A DNA stretch of 64,000 bases from Candidatus Pacearchaeota archaeon. GTDB lineage: Archaea; Nanobdellota; Nanobdellia; Pacearchaeales; GW2011-AR1. Below are positions 45,878-55,702 of the stretch, piece by piece. The position numbers were made by a program, and so were the translations under genes. The notes under the pieces were generated by a model. That model worked only from the letters and a program-made list of their open reading frames with translations. It was not told where the DNA came from and searched no databases. The DNA lies in the NCBI GenBank assembly GCA_017609535.1, contig JAFCDU010000001.1, forward strand, positions 4,782 to 68,781, read 5' to 3'. Numbering within the stretch: position 1 is the first letter of the stretch; every line of letters begins with the position of its first letter.

Positions 45878-46776
45878 CCAAAGCCATATGCAAAATGAGT
45901 CATAATCCCCATCATAGTAACAAATCCAGTTGTTTTTAAGTTTTTATGTAAACTAGAGAATAACATTACAAAAAAGTAAGCAACAACAAAAGTAAAAAAC
46001 CAAAATCTAATAAACCTGCTAAAAAAAGAAGCAATAAATCCAGCAATAAACCCCACTGAAAAAAGACTGAGTAGCATAAAAAATAATTTATCAGAAGAAA
46101 ATTCTTTCTTAGTAAGCCATCCAATATCTCTTCCATAAATGAACATCTGTTTTAGATGTTTCCAAAAGCTGTTCCTTCTATGATGATAAACAATAACATC
46201 CCCAGCATATAGAATTTTATATCCTTTTTCAGCGACATCAAAGCAAAATTTAGAATCCTCTGCAGTAAGAAAATCAGAATCAAACTTCGGAGAAATCTCC
46301 TTCCTTGAAATATAATTGCAGCTTGGAAGTTCTCTGACAAATTGATTTTTGGCAATCTTATATCTTACAGAAGCTGGACCGCTTACAAAAAAATTTCCTA
46401 AAACATAACCAGAAACATGTTCTGCAAAATTGCCTTCATTAGGCGTAAGATTAGGGCCCCCAACAATTCCGATTTTTTCATTTTTAAAATATTTTAAAGA
46501 ATTCTCCAACCAACTTCTTTTCGGATAAGCATCAGAATCAATAAATGCAAAAAATTCCCCTCTTGCCTTTTTCATTCCCAAATTCCGTTTTACTGACGGC
46601 AGAACCTTGCCTGTTTCAATAACCTTAATACGTTTATCTTTGAATTTTCTATTCCCACTATCAGGAAGGACAAGTAATTCAAAATCATCAAAACTTTGTT
46701 TAATCACCTCTTGAATGCATTTCTCACAATATTTATCAATCTTTTTGCAGGGAACAATCACAGAAAATTTTACCAT
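45844..46776 (-). CDS. Glycosyltransferase family 2 with C-terminal TM helices
   Basis: FSVIVPCKKIDKY and FIDSDAYP (DxD). Confidence 0.75.
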   Translation of the reverse strand: MVKFSVIVPCKKIDKYCEKCIQEVIKQSFDDFELLVLPDSGNRKFKDKRIKVIETGKVLPSVKRNLGMKKARGEFFAFIDSDAYPKRSWLENSLKYFKNEKIGIVGGPNLTPNEGNFAEHVSGYVLGNFFVSGPASVRYKIAKNQFVRELPSCNYISRKEISPKFDSDFLTAEDSKFCFDVAEKGYKILYAGDVIVYHHRRNSFWKHLKQMFIYGRDIGWLTKKEFSSDKLFFMLLSLFSVGFIAGFIASFFSRFIRFWFFTFVVAYFFVMLFSSLHKNLKTTGFVTMMGIMTHFAYGFGWLYAMFFRQK

Positions 46777-47810
46777 ATTAATGAACCTCCAAAGATAAAT
46801 AATGAAAGAAGACAGATTATAATTTGAAATGAAAAAATCAAATAAACAACATCATCTTCATAAACCTTCTTTTTAACTTTTTTAAGGATAAATAAAGATA
46901 AATGAGTCAAGCCATAAATTTTATCATAAGGCATTTCTAAACTGCCATCTGAATTGGGCTTCCCAAAAGAGTATTTTCTCAGCCTCCCACGCAATTTTAA
47001 AATTGTTTCAATTATATAAGGAATAAAAACAAAAACAGCGATTCTCTCAAAATTTCCCAAAATTGCCATACAAGCAATCAATCCTCCAATAGGATATGTA
47101 AGAACATCTCCTGGGAAAACTTTAGCAGGGAATTTATTTTTTAAATAAAATGCAATTAATGAAAATACCATGCATAATCCAATTAAAGCAAGCCACGAAG
47201 AACCAGTTGTATATGCAATAAAAGATAAGAAAGTAAGAATAATAATTCCCTGTCCAGCTTCAAGTCCATTAAATCCTGCCAAGAAGTTATACGTTGTCGT
47301 AGCCCCTGCAACACCTAATGGAATCAAGAACAATGGATAGAAGAGTCCAAAATCAATCAAACCAACAAAAGGAAAATTCATCATATGGACCCCCGCATTT
47401 ATAACAACTAAGGGAATGGATGCAAAAATAGCCAAAAAAATCCTGAACTTTGAAGAAAGCCCAGTAACATGAATTTCCTCTCCAGAAGCTCTTCTAAAAT
47501 CCAATAAATCATCAGTAATTCCAATAATTCCAAGAATTAGAATAACACTCAACAAAGAAAAAATCTGCACATTTACATCTCCCAAATTAGGCATAAGAAA
47601 TGTTCTAAAGGCAACATAAAGCAAAACACCAAGAGTAAAAGCCATAATAACAACCAATCCCCCAGATGAAACAACATTTTTCTTCCTTTCAGGTTTATTC
47701 ATATCTTCCCACAAAAGGCCTAATTGTTTCCCTTTCCTTATCCATTTAGGAAGAAAAACAGCAGTTAATACAAAGCTTATCAATATTGGCAAAATCAAGA
47801 GCCATTTCAT
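46770..47810 (-). CDS. aglH: Dolichyl-phosphate HexNAc-1-phosphate transferase (AglH/Alg7/MraY-WecA family)
   Basis: GITDDLLDFRR (DDxxD) and NFLAGFNGLEAGQG, the archaeal/eukaryotic GPT signature. About 10 TM helices. Confidence 0.75.
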   Translation of the reverse strand: MKWLLILPILISFVLTAVFLPKWIRKGKQLGLLWEDMNKPERKKNVVSSGGLVVIMAFTLGVLLYVAFRTFLMPNLGDVNVQIFSLLSVILILGIIGITDDLLDFRRASGEEIHVTGLSSKFRIFLAIFASIPLVVINAGVHMMNFPFVGLIDFGLFYPLFLIPLGVAGATTTYNFLAGFNGLEAGQGIIILTFLSFIAYTTGSSWLALIGLCMVFSLIAFYLKNKFPAKVFPGDVLTYPIGGLIACMAILGNFERIAVFVFIPYIIETILKLRGRLRKYSFGKPNSDGSLEMPYDKIYGLTHLSLFILKKVKKKVYEDDVVYLIFSFQIIICLLSLFIFGGSLIW

Positions 47811-47842
47811 AAATCAAAGACAAAAATTTAATTTTAAAATTT

Positions 47843-50728
47843 TTATAGTTTCCAATCTATATATTTAGAATAGTCTGTATCCAGATATTCCTCCTTCACC
47901 ACCTCCTCCCCCGTATATTGAATTTCCCAAATTTTAATCGGACCTTGTATGCCGTAATAATCCACAAACTCATGAACAGGAACGCCGTTATTAATTAGCT
48001 CTTTAACAGCAAGAGAATCCTGCGTATGTTTAATAACAAAAGCTGGGAAATTCCCAAATGGGTCATCTAATAGATATATTTGAGCCATAAGCCCCCTTAA
48101 AACTTTTGGAGAAATATAAATTAAAGTTCCATAATCATCAATAGTCAATCCAGTTGAAGATGGCTCAACTTTTTTGATAATTTTAAGTGTAGCTTCCAAA
48201 CCAGAACCAAAGTCATAGAATTCCCCATTATATTCAATGTATCTTATAGGAATCTCATATTGGATACCATTATAAAAATAAACACCTGTTGGCTGTTTAA
48301 ATGAAAGATTATTCATTATCTCAACTTTAAATCCAACAACTCCTGCCCGATTTTGAGGTAGAAAGACATTGGTTCCATTTAATTCATAATTAATATCCTC
48401 ATCAAGATATTGAATTCCATAACCCCCTGAGACTGGAAGTTGATAAATTTTAATAATTCCATCAGAAGTTTCATGAATTTGATTTTTTTTAGAAACAAAA
48501 CTTGAAATTCCGCTGTATCTGTCCATTTCTTTATTAGAACCAATAGAAGAATAAGCCCCATATTTTCCAATATCAGACGAGTCAATTAGTAAGTGGGTGG
48601 CATTATGCGAATATAAGAAATCTAAAGCATCTTTTTGATTATCGCCTGTCAAAACCAACCTGCCCATTAGATAATTCCAATAAACAATAGAATTGCTTCC
48701 ATCTAAAACAGTCGCCCTTTCACCAATACTTTGAACCCAGTAGCCGTAATCCCACCAATGAGCAAAAACAGAATTTTCAGGAGTTTCATCTCTCACCCAG
48801 GCCATTGCCTCCTGCCATTGTTGATTATAATAAGAAGGAATCATCCCCTTGGCAGTTGCAGACGATTCTTTATAAAAAGCGATAAAACAATGTATAGTTG
48901 AAATTAAGACCAAAATCATAAATGTACCAACCACAATCTTCCATGTGGAATCCCTAACCTCTCTAAAATAATCAAAACTTTTTACAGCTAAAAATCCTGC
49001 GAAAATCACAGAAACAGGAGCAAGAATCATAATCAATCTCACAGCACTCCTTGCAGTAATTAAACACAAGATAAATAGAGTAAATAAAAATAAGTAGTTA
49101 TAATTGATTTTTTTAAAACTATAATTCCCCTGTTTTGAGTAATTCCAAAGAATATGAATAGCAACCCCCAAAAACAACAATGCAGAGCCATAATAGAAAA
49201 ATTTACTTAAGAAATTTGTTCCATTGAATACACTATTAGAAGAATATCTGGAAAAAACAAGTCCAATAAAGAATAAGATATATAACCCTGTCAAAATCCA
49301 ACCATCCTTTTTCCTTAAAGGTTTTAACATTTTCTTAAACAAGAATATAGAACCAATAAAGAATAACCAGAATAAAACAGGAATGTTTTTTACATAAGGT
49401 CCAAAACGTTTCCCCCATTGAATAAAATAAGGTTGGTTGTTTTCAGCAACAGTGACCTTCCATCTTCCCGTAACTGGAGTAAATAATGCTTGGTTCAATT
49501 CAGAAATCTTGCTAAAAATAAATCCCGGTCCAAATAAAATAGAAACGAGAATAATCCCAGCAATAATTGCAAAAATAACTGATATGAAATTTTTAGGCAG
49601 TTTGATATTTTCAATTAATCTGTTTTTAGATAATTTTGTTTTCCACAGCATTAAATGGATAATAAATAAAAAGGCAACAAAAAAACTAAATCCAATATAA
49701 AGTGTTTTAATCAATCCAAGCAGACTAAATCTGGCAGAAAAAGCCAAAAGAATTATAGTCGAAGAAATAAACCAACAAAAATAAATAAAAATTTCTTTTT
49801 CTTTAACCTTTCCAAGAGCAAATGCAATCAATGAGGAAACAGAAATTGCAACAAAAACATAAACCATCCCCCCCCAGATTAATCCCATAAGCCCTGTCGC
49901 AATTCCTGCCCCAATTCCAAATAGGAGGGATTTCTTAATATTTTTAATTCTCCATGCCTTGAGAAATAGATAAAAGGCAAGAAACATAAAGAAAAAACCA
50001 GCAGATTCTTTTTCAGGAATCCCCGCAATAGTTCTTGAAATAAAAACAGGAATGACAATCATTAGAAAGGTTGAAATTAATGCAATAATATTCGCCCGTA
50101 ATCTTTTTTTCTTGTCTGAATAAATAAAAATCTCCCTAACAAAAAGAAAGAATACCAAAATTGTAAACCCAAACATAATAACAGGAAATAATGCAGCTGC
50201 ATATTCAACACTGCCGCCAACTAAACTATGTGTCCAGGCAATCATATAAGGAAGCAATCGCGTCTCTCTTGAAGGTTCATATCCTAAAGGCACATATCTA
50301 AATTTATCAACCTCAGGCAGACCTCCTTCTTCAACAATGGTCTTAGCATATCTTGTAAATAACCAAGGATCTAAGTCAGGCCCTAATGTCCAATTATTTT
50401 TTGTAAAGTCCCATAATCCTGGTTTGCCAGTATCAGGCCGGACATGCATAGGCAGACTTCTAATATACACTCCAAGAATAACAGCAATAATAACTAAACA
50501 AACAACCCATATTTTAGGATTTTTAAGAAAATTAACTACTTTTTCTTTTCTTTCTTTTATAATTATTTTTTGGTCTCTTGCCTCTATTTTAGAATCAGGA
50601 GTTTCAACTTTAAAATCCCCAACAGGCCCTTTAATAGAGATTTTATCATCCTGTGTTTTGATATTAATCCCATCTTTTTTAATCCTGACTTCATTAGAAC
50701 CTATGTCAATTTCTTTAAAATCTTCCAT
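47843..50728 (-). CDS. aglB: Oligosaccharyltransferase AglB (STT3 homolog)
   Basis: WWDYGYW motif, 13 TM N-terminal domain and a large C-terminal soluble domain. An about 70-aa hydrophilic N-terminal extension precedes the first TM. Confidence 0.9.
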   Translation of the reverse strand: MEDFKEIDIGSNEVRIKKDGINIKTQDDKISIKGPVGDFKVETPDSKIEARDQKIIIKERKEKVVNFLKNPKIWVVCLVIIAVILGVYIRSLPMHVRPDTGKPGLWDFTKNNWTLGPDLDPWLFTRYAKTIVEEGGLPEVDKFRYVPLGYEPSRETRLLPYMIAWTHSLVGGSVEYAAALFPVIMFGFTILVFFLFVREIFIYSDKKKRLRANIIALISTFLMIVIPVFISRTIAGIPEKESAGFFFMFLAFYLFLKAWRIKNIKKSLLFGIGAGIATGLMGLIWGGMVYVFVAISVSSLIAFALGKVKEKEIFIYFCWFISSTIILLAFSARFSLLGLIKTLYIGFSFFVAFLFIIHLMLWKTKLSKNRLIENIKLPKNFISVIFAIIAGIILVSILFGPGFIFSKISELNQALFTPVTGRWKVTVAENNQPYFIQWGKRFGPYVKNIPVLFWLFFIGSIFLFKKMLKPLRKKDGWILTGLYILFFIGLVFSRYSSNSVFNGTNFLSKFFYYGSALLFLGVAIHILWNYSKQGNYSFKKINYNYLFLFTLFILCLITARSAVRLIMILAPVSVIFAGFLAVKSFDYFREVRDSTWKIVVGTFMILVLISTIHCFIAFYKESSATAKGMIPSYYNQQWQEAMAWVRDETPENSVFAHWWDYGYWVQSIGERATVLDGSNSIVYWNYLMGRLVLTGDNQKDALDFLYSHNATHLLIDSSDIGKYGAYSSIGSNKEMDRYSGISSFVSKKNQIHETSDGIIKIYQLPVSGGYGIQYLDEDINYELNGTNVFLPQNRAGVVGFKVEIMNNLSFKQPTGVYFYNGIQYEIPIRYIEYNGEFYDFGSGLEATLKIIKKVEPSSTGLTIDDYGTLIYISPKVLRGLMAQIYLLDDPFGNFPAFVIKHTQDSLAVKELINNGVPVHEFVDYYGIQGPIKIWEIQYTGEEVVKEEYLDTDYSKYIDWKL

Positions 50729-50767
50729 TTTAATTACTCAATTTTTATACTTAAAAATATATGCATA

Positions 50768-51706
50768 TTAAAATAATGTTGGTGTCACAAATACCTCTAA
50801 TAAAGTAGCAATTATAAGGATAACTATTGCAATTATAATAAGGATTAGCGAGTCTTGTAAAATTTTCCAGAGTCTTTCTCCTCTTAAGTCCTTTCTGATT
50901 ATTGCAACAGAAATAACCCCTCCAGCCAGTGCAGCTATAAAGTAAGATGCAATTTCCAATCCTCCATGAAGCATATATCTAAAGAAACTGAGAAAAAATC
51001 CCGCGATATGAAACCCTCCATAAAAATTATCTTTGAAAAAAATCCCAATAGCAACTGCTATAACAGATGCATTCCAAGCAAGCACAAAAATAGCCCCTGC
51101 CCCAAAAGCTAAAGAAAAAAGTAATGTAAAAATTAACACATAAATATTATTTGCAAAAATATTCATAATCAATTCAGGACGAGTGGCACTTCCAGTAACA
51201 GGAGAAATTCCCTGTCGCTCAATGCAATAATCAAAATTAGCAGGGCTGTTGATTGCACAAAAAACCTTTATTTGAGCATTGAAATTAACAGCAGTATGTG
51301 AAGGGAGAATTATGTACAATAATGACAAGCCGACTAAAATCCCTGCAAATAAGAACATTAATGACCAAAGAGCTTTTGAATGTTCCTTAATTAATTTCCC
51401 TTCATTAGATATTTGAATATCTTTCTCTTCTTCAAGTTTGATAAGATAATACATAAAAGGCAGGGTGCATAATACAATAAAGAGAAGAACAAAAATTCCG
51501 CCGTAATCTCTTAAAATATTATCCTTCCCAAAAACAAAACTAACAACTAACAATGAAACACTCGCATAAAGAAGCCCTATAAAAAACATTTCCCAAGGGC
51601 GCCTTTCAGCTCTTTTTGGATTAATCAGCGATTCTAACATTCTCTTTTTAACATAATTTATTTTTATATATCTGTCGGAATTTATAAAAAATCTTTCCCT
51701 AACCAA
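50768..51706 (-). CDS. Polytopic membrane protein (SpoIIM/DUF95-like?)
   Basis: 312 aa, about 6 TM helices. Confidence 0.35.
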   Translation of the reverse strand: MVRERFFINSDRYIKINYVKKRMLESLINPKRAERRPWEMFFIGLLYASVSLLVVSFVFGKDNILRDYGGIFVLLFIVLCTLPFMYYLIKLEEEKDIQISNEGKLIKEHSKALWSLMFLFAGILVGLSLLYIILPSHTAVNFNAQIKVFCAINSPANFDYCIERQGISPVTGSATRPELIMNIFANNIYVLIFTLLFSLAFGAGAIFVLAWNASVIAVAIGIFFKDNFYGGFHIAGFFLSFFRYMLHGGLEIASYFIAALAGGVISVAIIRKDLRGERLWKILQDSLILIIIAIVILIIATLLEVFVTPTLF

Positions 51707-51778
51707 TATTCCGCGGATTGTAGCTTTTTAAAGTTTTAGGATAATAACCTTTTTATACTCGCCAAAATTAATAAAAAT

Positions 51779-52594
51779 ATGAAGAGGTTTGACAGGATTC
51801 TTGAAGATATAAAATCCCTTAAGATTCAGGGAGCAAATGACGTTGCAAAATCCGGTATTAGAGCTTTTTTATTGAAGCCGGATAAAAAATCTGCAAAAAA
51901 AATTTTAGCAACCCGCCCAACAGAACCAATGATGCAAAATGCAATAAAATATTTATTAAAATCTGAAAATCCGCACAAAGATGCGAAAAAATTTTTCTCT
52001 TATATAAAAATGGCAGAGATAAAAACAGCCCGGGCTGGTTCAAAATTAATTAAAAATGATATGAATATCTTTACCCATTGCCACTCATCAACTGTCGCAT
52101 CAATTTTAAAATATGCTAAACAAAAACAAAAAAAGAAATTTGTAGTATATAATACAGAAACAGACCCATCACTGCAAGGCAGAAAAATGGCAAGAGAACT
52201 CGCAAAGGCAAGAATAAAGGTTGTCCATGTCGCAGATACAGCAACAGAATACTCTCTAAAAAAATGCGACTTATTCCTTTTTGGAGCAGATGCCTTCACC
52301 CCCTCTTATATGGTGAATAAAGTTGGAACTTCAGCATATTCTGAACTTGCAAAATTATATAATATTCCAAGATATTCTGCAGGAATCTCATTAAAGTTCA
52401 CAAAGAAAGCGAGGTTAGAAAATAGAAATCCTTCAGAAGTATGGAAAGAAAATAAAAAACTAATCATAACAATTAATCCTATCTTTGACAAAATAAAAAA
52501 GAAACTTTTAACAGGGGTTATCTCTGAATTTGGAATTCTCCCTTACAATAAATTCATTAAAAAAGCTAAAAAGAATTTAAAGAATTGGAAATGA
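51779..52594 (+). CDS. eIF-2B alpha/beta/delta-like protein (aIF-2BII / ribose-1,5-bisphosphate isomerase family)
   Basis: 271 aa. IFTHCHSSTV...FLFGADAF...VNKVGT family signature. Confidence 0.65.
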   Translation: MKRFDRILEDIKSLKIQGANDVAKSGIRAFLLKPDKKSAKKILATRPTEPMMQNAIKYLLKSENPHKDAKKFFSYIKMAEIKTARAGSKLIKNDMNIFTHCHSSTVASILKYAKQKQKKKFVVYNTETDPSLQGRKMARELAKARIKVVHVADTATEYSLKKCDLFLFGADAFTPSYMVNKVGTSAYSELAKLYNIPRYSAGISLKFTKKARLENRNPSEVWKENKKLIITINPIFDKIKKKLLTGVISEFGILPYNKFIKKAKKNLKNWK

Positions 52595-52977
52595 AAATTT
52601 ATACAGATGGCGGTTCTCGAAAAAATCCAGGCAAATCTGCAGCCGCATTTGTCGTCGTAAAAAACAACAAAATCCTTGCACAAGATTCAAAATATCTTGG
52701 AATAAAAACAAATAACGAGGCGGAATATCTTGCAATAATTTTTGCCTTAAAAAATTCTCATGAAAAAGAAGCAGAAATAATCTCTGATTCAGAACTCGTC
52801 ATCCGTCAATTGAGAGGCGAGTATAAAATAAAAAAACAACATCTGAAAAAACTTAAAGATAAAATAGACAGCTTAACGAAAAATAGAAAAATAAAATTCT
52901 CGCATCTCAGACGAAAAAATAAATTCATATCTCAGGCAGATAGATTAGTCAATCAAGAACTTGATAAGCATAAGTAA
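52585..52977 (+). CDS. rnhA: Ribonuclease HI
   Basis: IYTDGGSRKNPG...NNEAEYLAIIFAL...D catalytic motif layout. Confidence 0.75.
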   Translation: MEMKIYTDGGSRKNPGKSAAAFVVVKNNKILAQDSKYLGIKTNNEAEYLAIIFALKNSHEKEAEIISDSELVIRQLRGEYKIKKQHLKKLKDKIDSLTKNRKIKFSHLRRKNKFISQADRLVNQELDKHK

Positions 52978-53098
52978 TTCACTTAATTATTTCCCTTAAA
53001 CCCCTCCACCAGTATATTTCTGCATCGCTAGCTTAATTAGCAATCATCTGCCAGAATAATCCTATATTATTATCAAAAAACTATCTGTGTTTAAAGCA

Positions 53099-53500
53099 CT
53101 AAGCCACCTTTAAAACTTTCCTCCAAATTATCCCCGCAATCAAACTCCCACCCAAATACCACCAAAACCACCCAAACCCCATTATTGGAGTATAGATGCT
53201 TCTTACCCAATAAAATAAAAGTAAGAAGGGAATCATCGTAACTAACATAGGTTTAAAAGAAGATTTCATCATAGTTCCAGTAATTTGAAGCATCTCAGTT
53301 TGAAGTTCAGCAAAAACTTTCGGGTCATCTCTTTTTTCCTTCACTTCTTTCTGAATCTGCTTCTGCCTCTCTTTCAATGCCTTCAAATTTTCTTGATTAG
53401 TAAATAATTTTGTAACAAGAGTAGAAACAAAAGTTATAATCGTAGATAAAATTACAATTGAAATTCGGGGATTTGTCTGCATCAATTCAACAATCGCCAT
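53099..53500 (-). CDS. DUF106 family membrane protein (archaeal Oxa1/YidC-like)
   Basis: 133 aa with TM, coiled coil, TM, TM. Conserved position downstream of secY in archaea. Confidence 0.5.
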   Translation of the reverse strand: MAIVELMQTNPRISIVILSTIITFVSTLVTKLFTNQENLKALKERQKQIQKEVKEKRDDPKVFAELQTEMLQITGTMMKSSFKPMLVTMIPFLLLFYWVRSIYTPIMGFGWFWWYLGGSLIAGIIWRKVLKVA

Positions 53501-53533
53501 TCTTATTTACTTAACAAAAAAGGTTATTTAAAC

Positions 53534-54907
53534 TTACCCTCCAAACATCCCTCTTAAAGCAGGATGCATATCCACCGCATGTTGTTGTGTAATATTTTGA
53601 GATAATTGGTATAAAACCATAATAACCAACAAGATAGCAGTCCCACCAACCAATGCTCCAAGCAAATTTGCAAGTGAAGCCAGCAGACCAATCGCAGCCC
53701 CACCCATAATTGTCAAGGGAGTGATATATCTTTTCAAGATAGTCTCTAAAACCCTCTCATCTCTTCTAAATCCAGGAATATTAAATCCAGACGACATGAT
53801 GTTTTTTGCCTGAGATGAGGCATCCATACCAGAAGTTGTCACCCAAAAAAATGCAAAAATAATTGAGAATACAACATAAAATAAAACATGAAAAATACTT
53901 TGTGGGATTGACCTTAAAACAAAACTATTTGTCAGCAGGGATTCAACTAACGAAGGAGTTGGATAATGAATCCAAAAAGCCAATCCAGAAACAGGATGTC
54001 CATTCAAAAAACCACCGAGTATAGTTGGAGCCCCGTCTCTTGCATTTTGTAGCAAACTCCCAACTAATTGAAAATTTGCAGCAAGTGCAGAAACTAAAAT
54101 AACAGGGATAACACCTGCATAAAAAAATGCCAAAGGCCATCTTACCCCATAACCTCTAACTCTATCAAAAGATACCGGGATTTCAACTTTCAAACCCTGT
54201 GCATAAACAACAATAAAGAACAAAACAACCGTTACAATAATGGGAAACAAAGCCAAACCTGCACCGGTCGGGTCAGAAGCAATTAAAGATGAAATAAATA
54301 CTAAAATCTTTCCGCTCGCTTCAAAACCTCCCTGAGTCCCTATAAACTGGAATAACTGGGCAAACAATCTCCACGCAATCCCGCCGGCAATGAATAAACT
54401 AACCCCAGAACCAAAACCCCATTTTTGCACAACTTCATCCATAAAAATAATTAAAAAACCTCCAACGCATAACTGCACAATTACAATTAGAGTCATACCA
54501 GGAGCAGGAGCAAGCCCCCTCATTAAAACATAAACAATTGCTTCAAAAATCACAAAAGCAAAAGCAAGTAGTTTCTGCAAACCTTGAAAAAATTTCTTTC
54601 CCTCATCAGTATGCAGATCAATATCTAAAATCTTAACACCAACCAGCAGCTGCAAAATAATAGAAGCCATTACAATCGGCCCAATACCAAGCGAGATAAT
54701 TGAACCAAAAGATGTTCCAAGCAAAATAGCCAAATATTCAAATCTTTCTAATGCACTTGGAAGAAGCCCAAAAAGAGGAATATTCGCTAAAACAAAAAAG
54801 CTTGTTAAAATAATAAATGTCCATTTTAATTTAACATTAAAACTTAATTTTTTTTCAGTCGGCGATTCTACTTCAGGCAAATTATGAAGTAAATCTCTCA
54901 ACGCCAT
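53534..54907 (-). CDS. secY: Preprotein translocase subunit SecY
   Basis: 457 aa, 10 TM helices, conserved position after L15. Confidence 0.9.
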   Translation of the reverse strand: MALRDLLHNLPEVESPTEKKLSFNVKLKWTFIILTSFFVLANIPLFGLLPSALERFEYLAILLGTSFGSIISLGIGPIVMASIILQLLVGVKILDIDLHTDEGKKFFQGLQKLLAFAFVIFEAIVYVLMRGLAPAPGMTLIVIVQLCVGGFLIIFMDEVVQKWGFGSGVSLFIAGGIAWRLFAQLFQFIGTQGGFEASGKILVFISSLIASDPTGAGLALFPIIVTVVLFFIVVYAQGLKVEIPVSFDRVRGYGVRWPLAFFYAGVIPVILVSALAANFQLVGSLLQNARDGAPTILGGFLNGHPVSGLAFWIHYPTPSLVESLLTNSFVLRSIPQSIFHVLFYVVFSIIFAFFWVTTSGMDASSQAKNIMSSGFNIPGFRRDERVLETILKRYITPLTIMGGAAIGLLASLANLLGALVGGTAILLVIMVLYQLSQNITQQHAVDMHPALRGMFGG

Positions 54908-54908
54908 G

Positions 54909-55361
54909 TCACTTATCCTCTTTTTTTATTTGTAATTTTTTATTTGCAATAATTATTTTGCCGCCAGCATTATTCATCTTTTCAATTGCGCTCTTTGAAG
55001 CCGATGTGGCTTTTATTTCTCCTTTAAATCCTTTTCCTTCACCCAAAATCTTATATCCAATAAGATTAATTTCTTTTTCTCCATTAAATTTCAGAACAAT
55101 ATCTCTTAAATTAATCTTCTTTTCTCTTTTCTTTTCTGTCTTTGAACTAGTGAATCCTCTTTTTCCAAAATAATTTCTAGCCCCCGCCGATTTTGCAATT
55201 CTTAATGCTTTTTGCTTTTTATGGTCTGCTCTCTTGCCAGACCCCGCCATCCCACTTCCGCCTTTATTTCCCTTCCCTCCCTTATGTTTCTGCCTAAATC
55301 CATAACCGCAGGTTCTTGCTCCCCTGATTCTTGATTTTTTACTTCTTTTGACTATCTTCAT
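54909..55361 (-). CDS. rpl15: 50S ribosomal protein L15 (uL15)
   Basis: Glycine/lysine-rich N-terminus GGKGNKGGSGMAGSGKR. Operon position. Confidence 0.85.
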   Translation of the reverse strand: MKIVKRSKKSRIRGARTCGYGFRQKHKGGKGNKGGSGMAGSGKRADHKKQKALRIAKSAGARNYFGKRGFTSSKTEKKREKKINLRDIVLKFNGEKEINLIGYKILGEGKGFKGEIKATSASKSAIEKMNNAGGKIIIANKKLQIKKEDK

Positions 55362-55702
55362 AACATCCTCTCCACCAATTTATCAATATTTTCATGTCTC
55401 CCCAAGATGCCTTTGGGAAACATAATTTTTGTAGATTTCTTAAATCCTCCGCGAGGAGGATGCAGATTATAAAATTTATCTCCTTTCCTCCCTCTTTTAT
55501 CTTTCAATTTCTTTATCATTTCATCGCTAATCGCGCCATAAGAAACAAGATGCTTTACTTTTTCAATCATCCCTTTTCTTATTTTATCTTTTTCATCTAC
55601 CAAAATGCAACTAAACTTCGTGTTTAAATTTAATCTTTTCAAAGTTTCTTTTTCATCGGCTTTCCGTCCAACTCTCCCTGCAATTCTAATAACGCAAATC
55701 AT
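55358..55702 (-). CDS. rpl30: 50S ribosomal protein L30 (uL30)
   Basis: MICVIRIAGRVG N-terminus. Operon position. Confidence 0.8.
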   Translation of the reverse strand: MICVIRIAGRVGRKADEKETLKRLNLNTKFSCILVDEKDKIRKGMIEKVKHLVSYGAISDEMIKKLKDKRGRKGDKFYNLHPPRGGFKKSTKIMFPKGILGRHENIDKLVERML

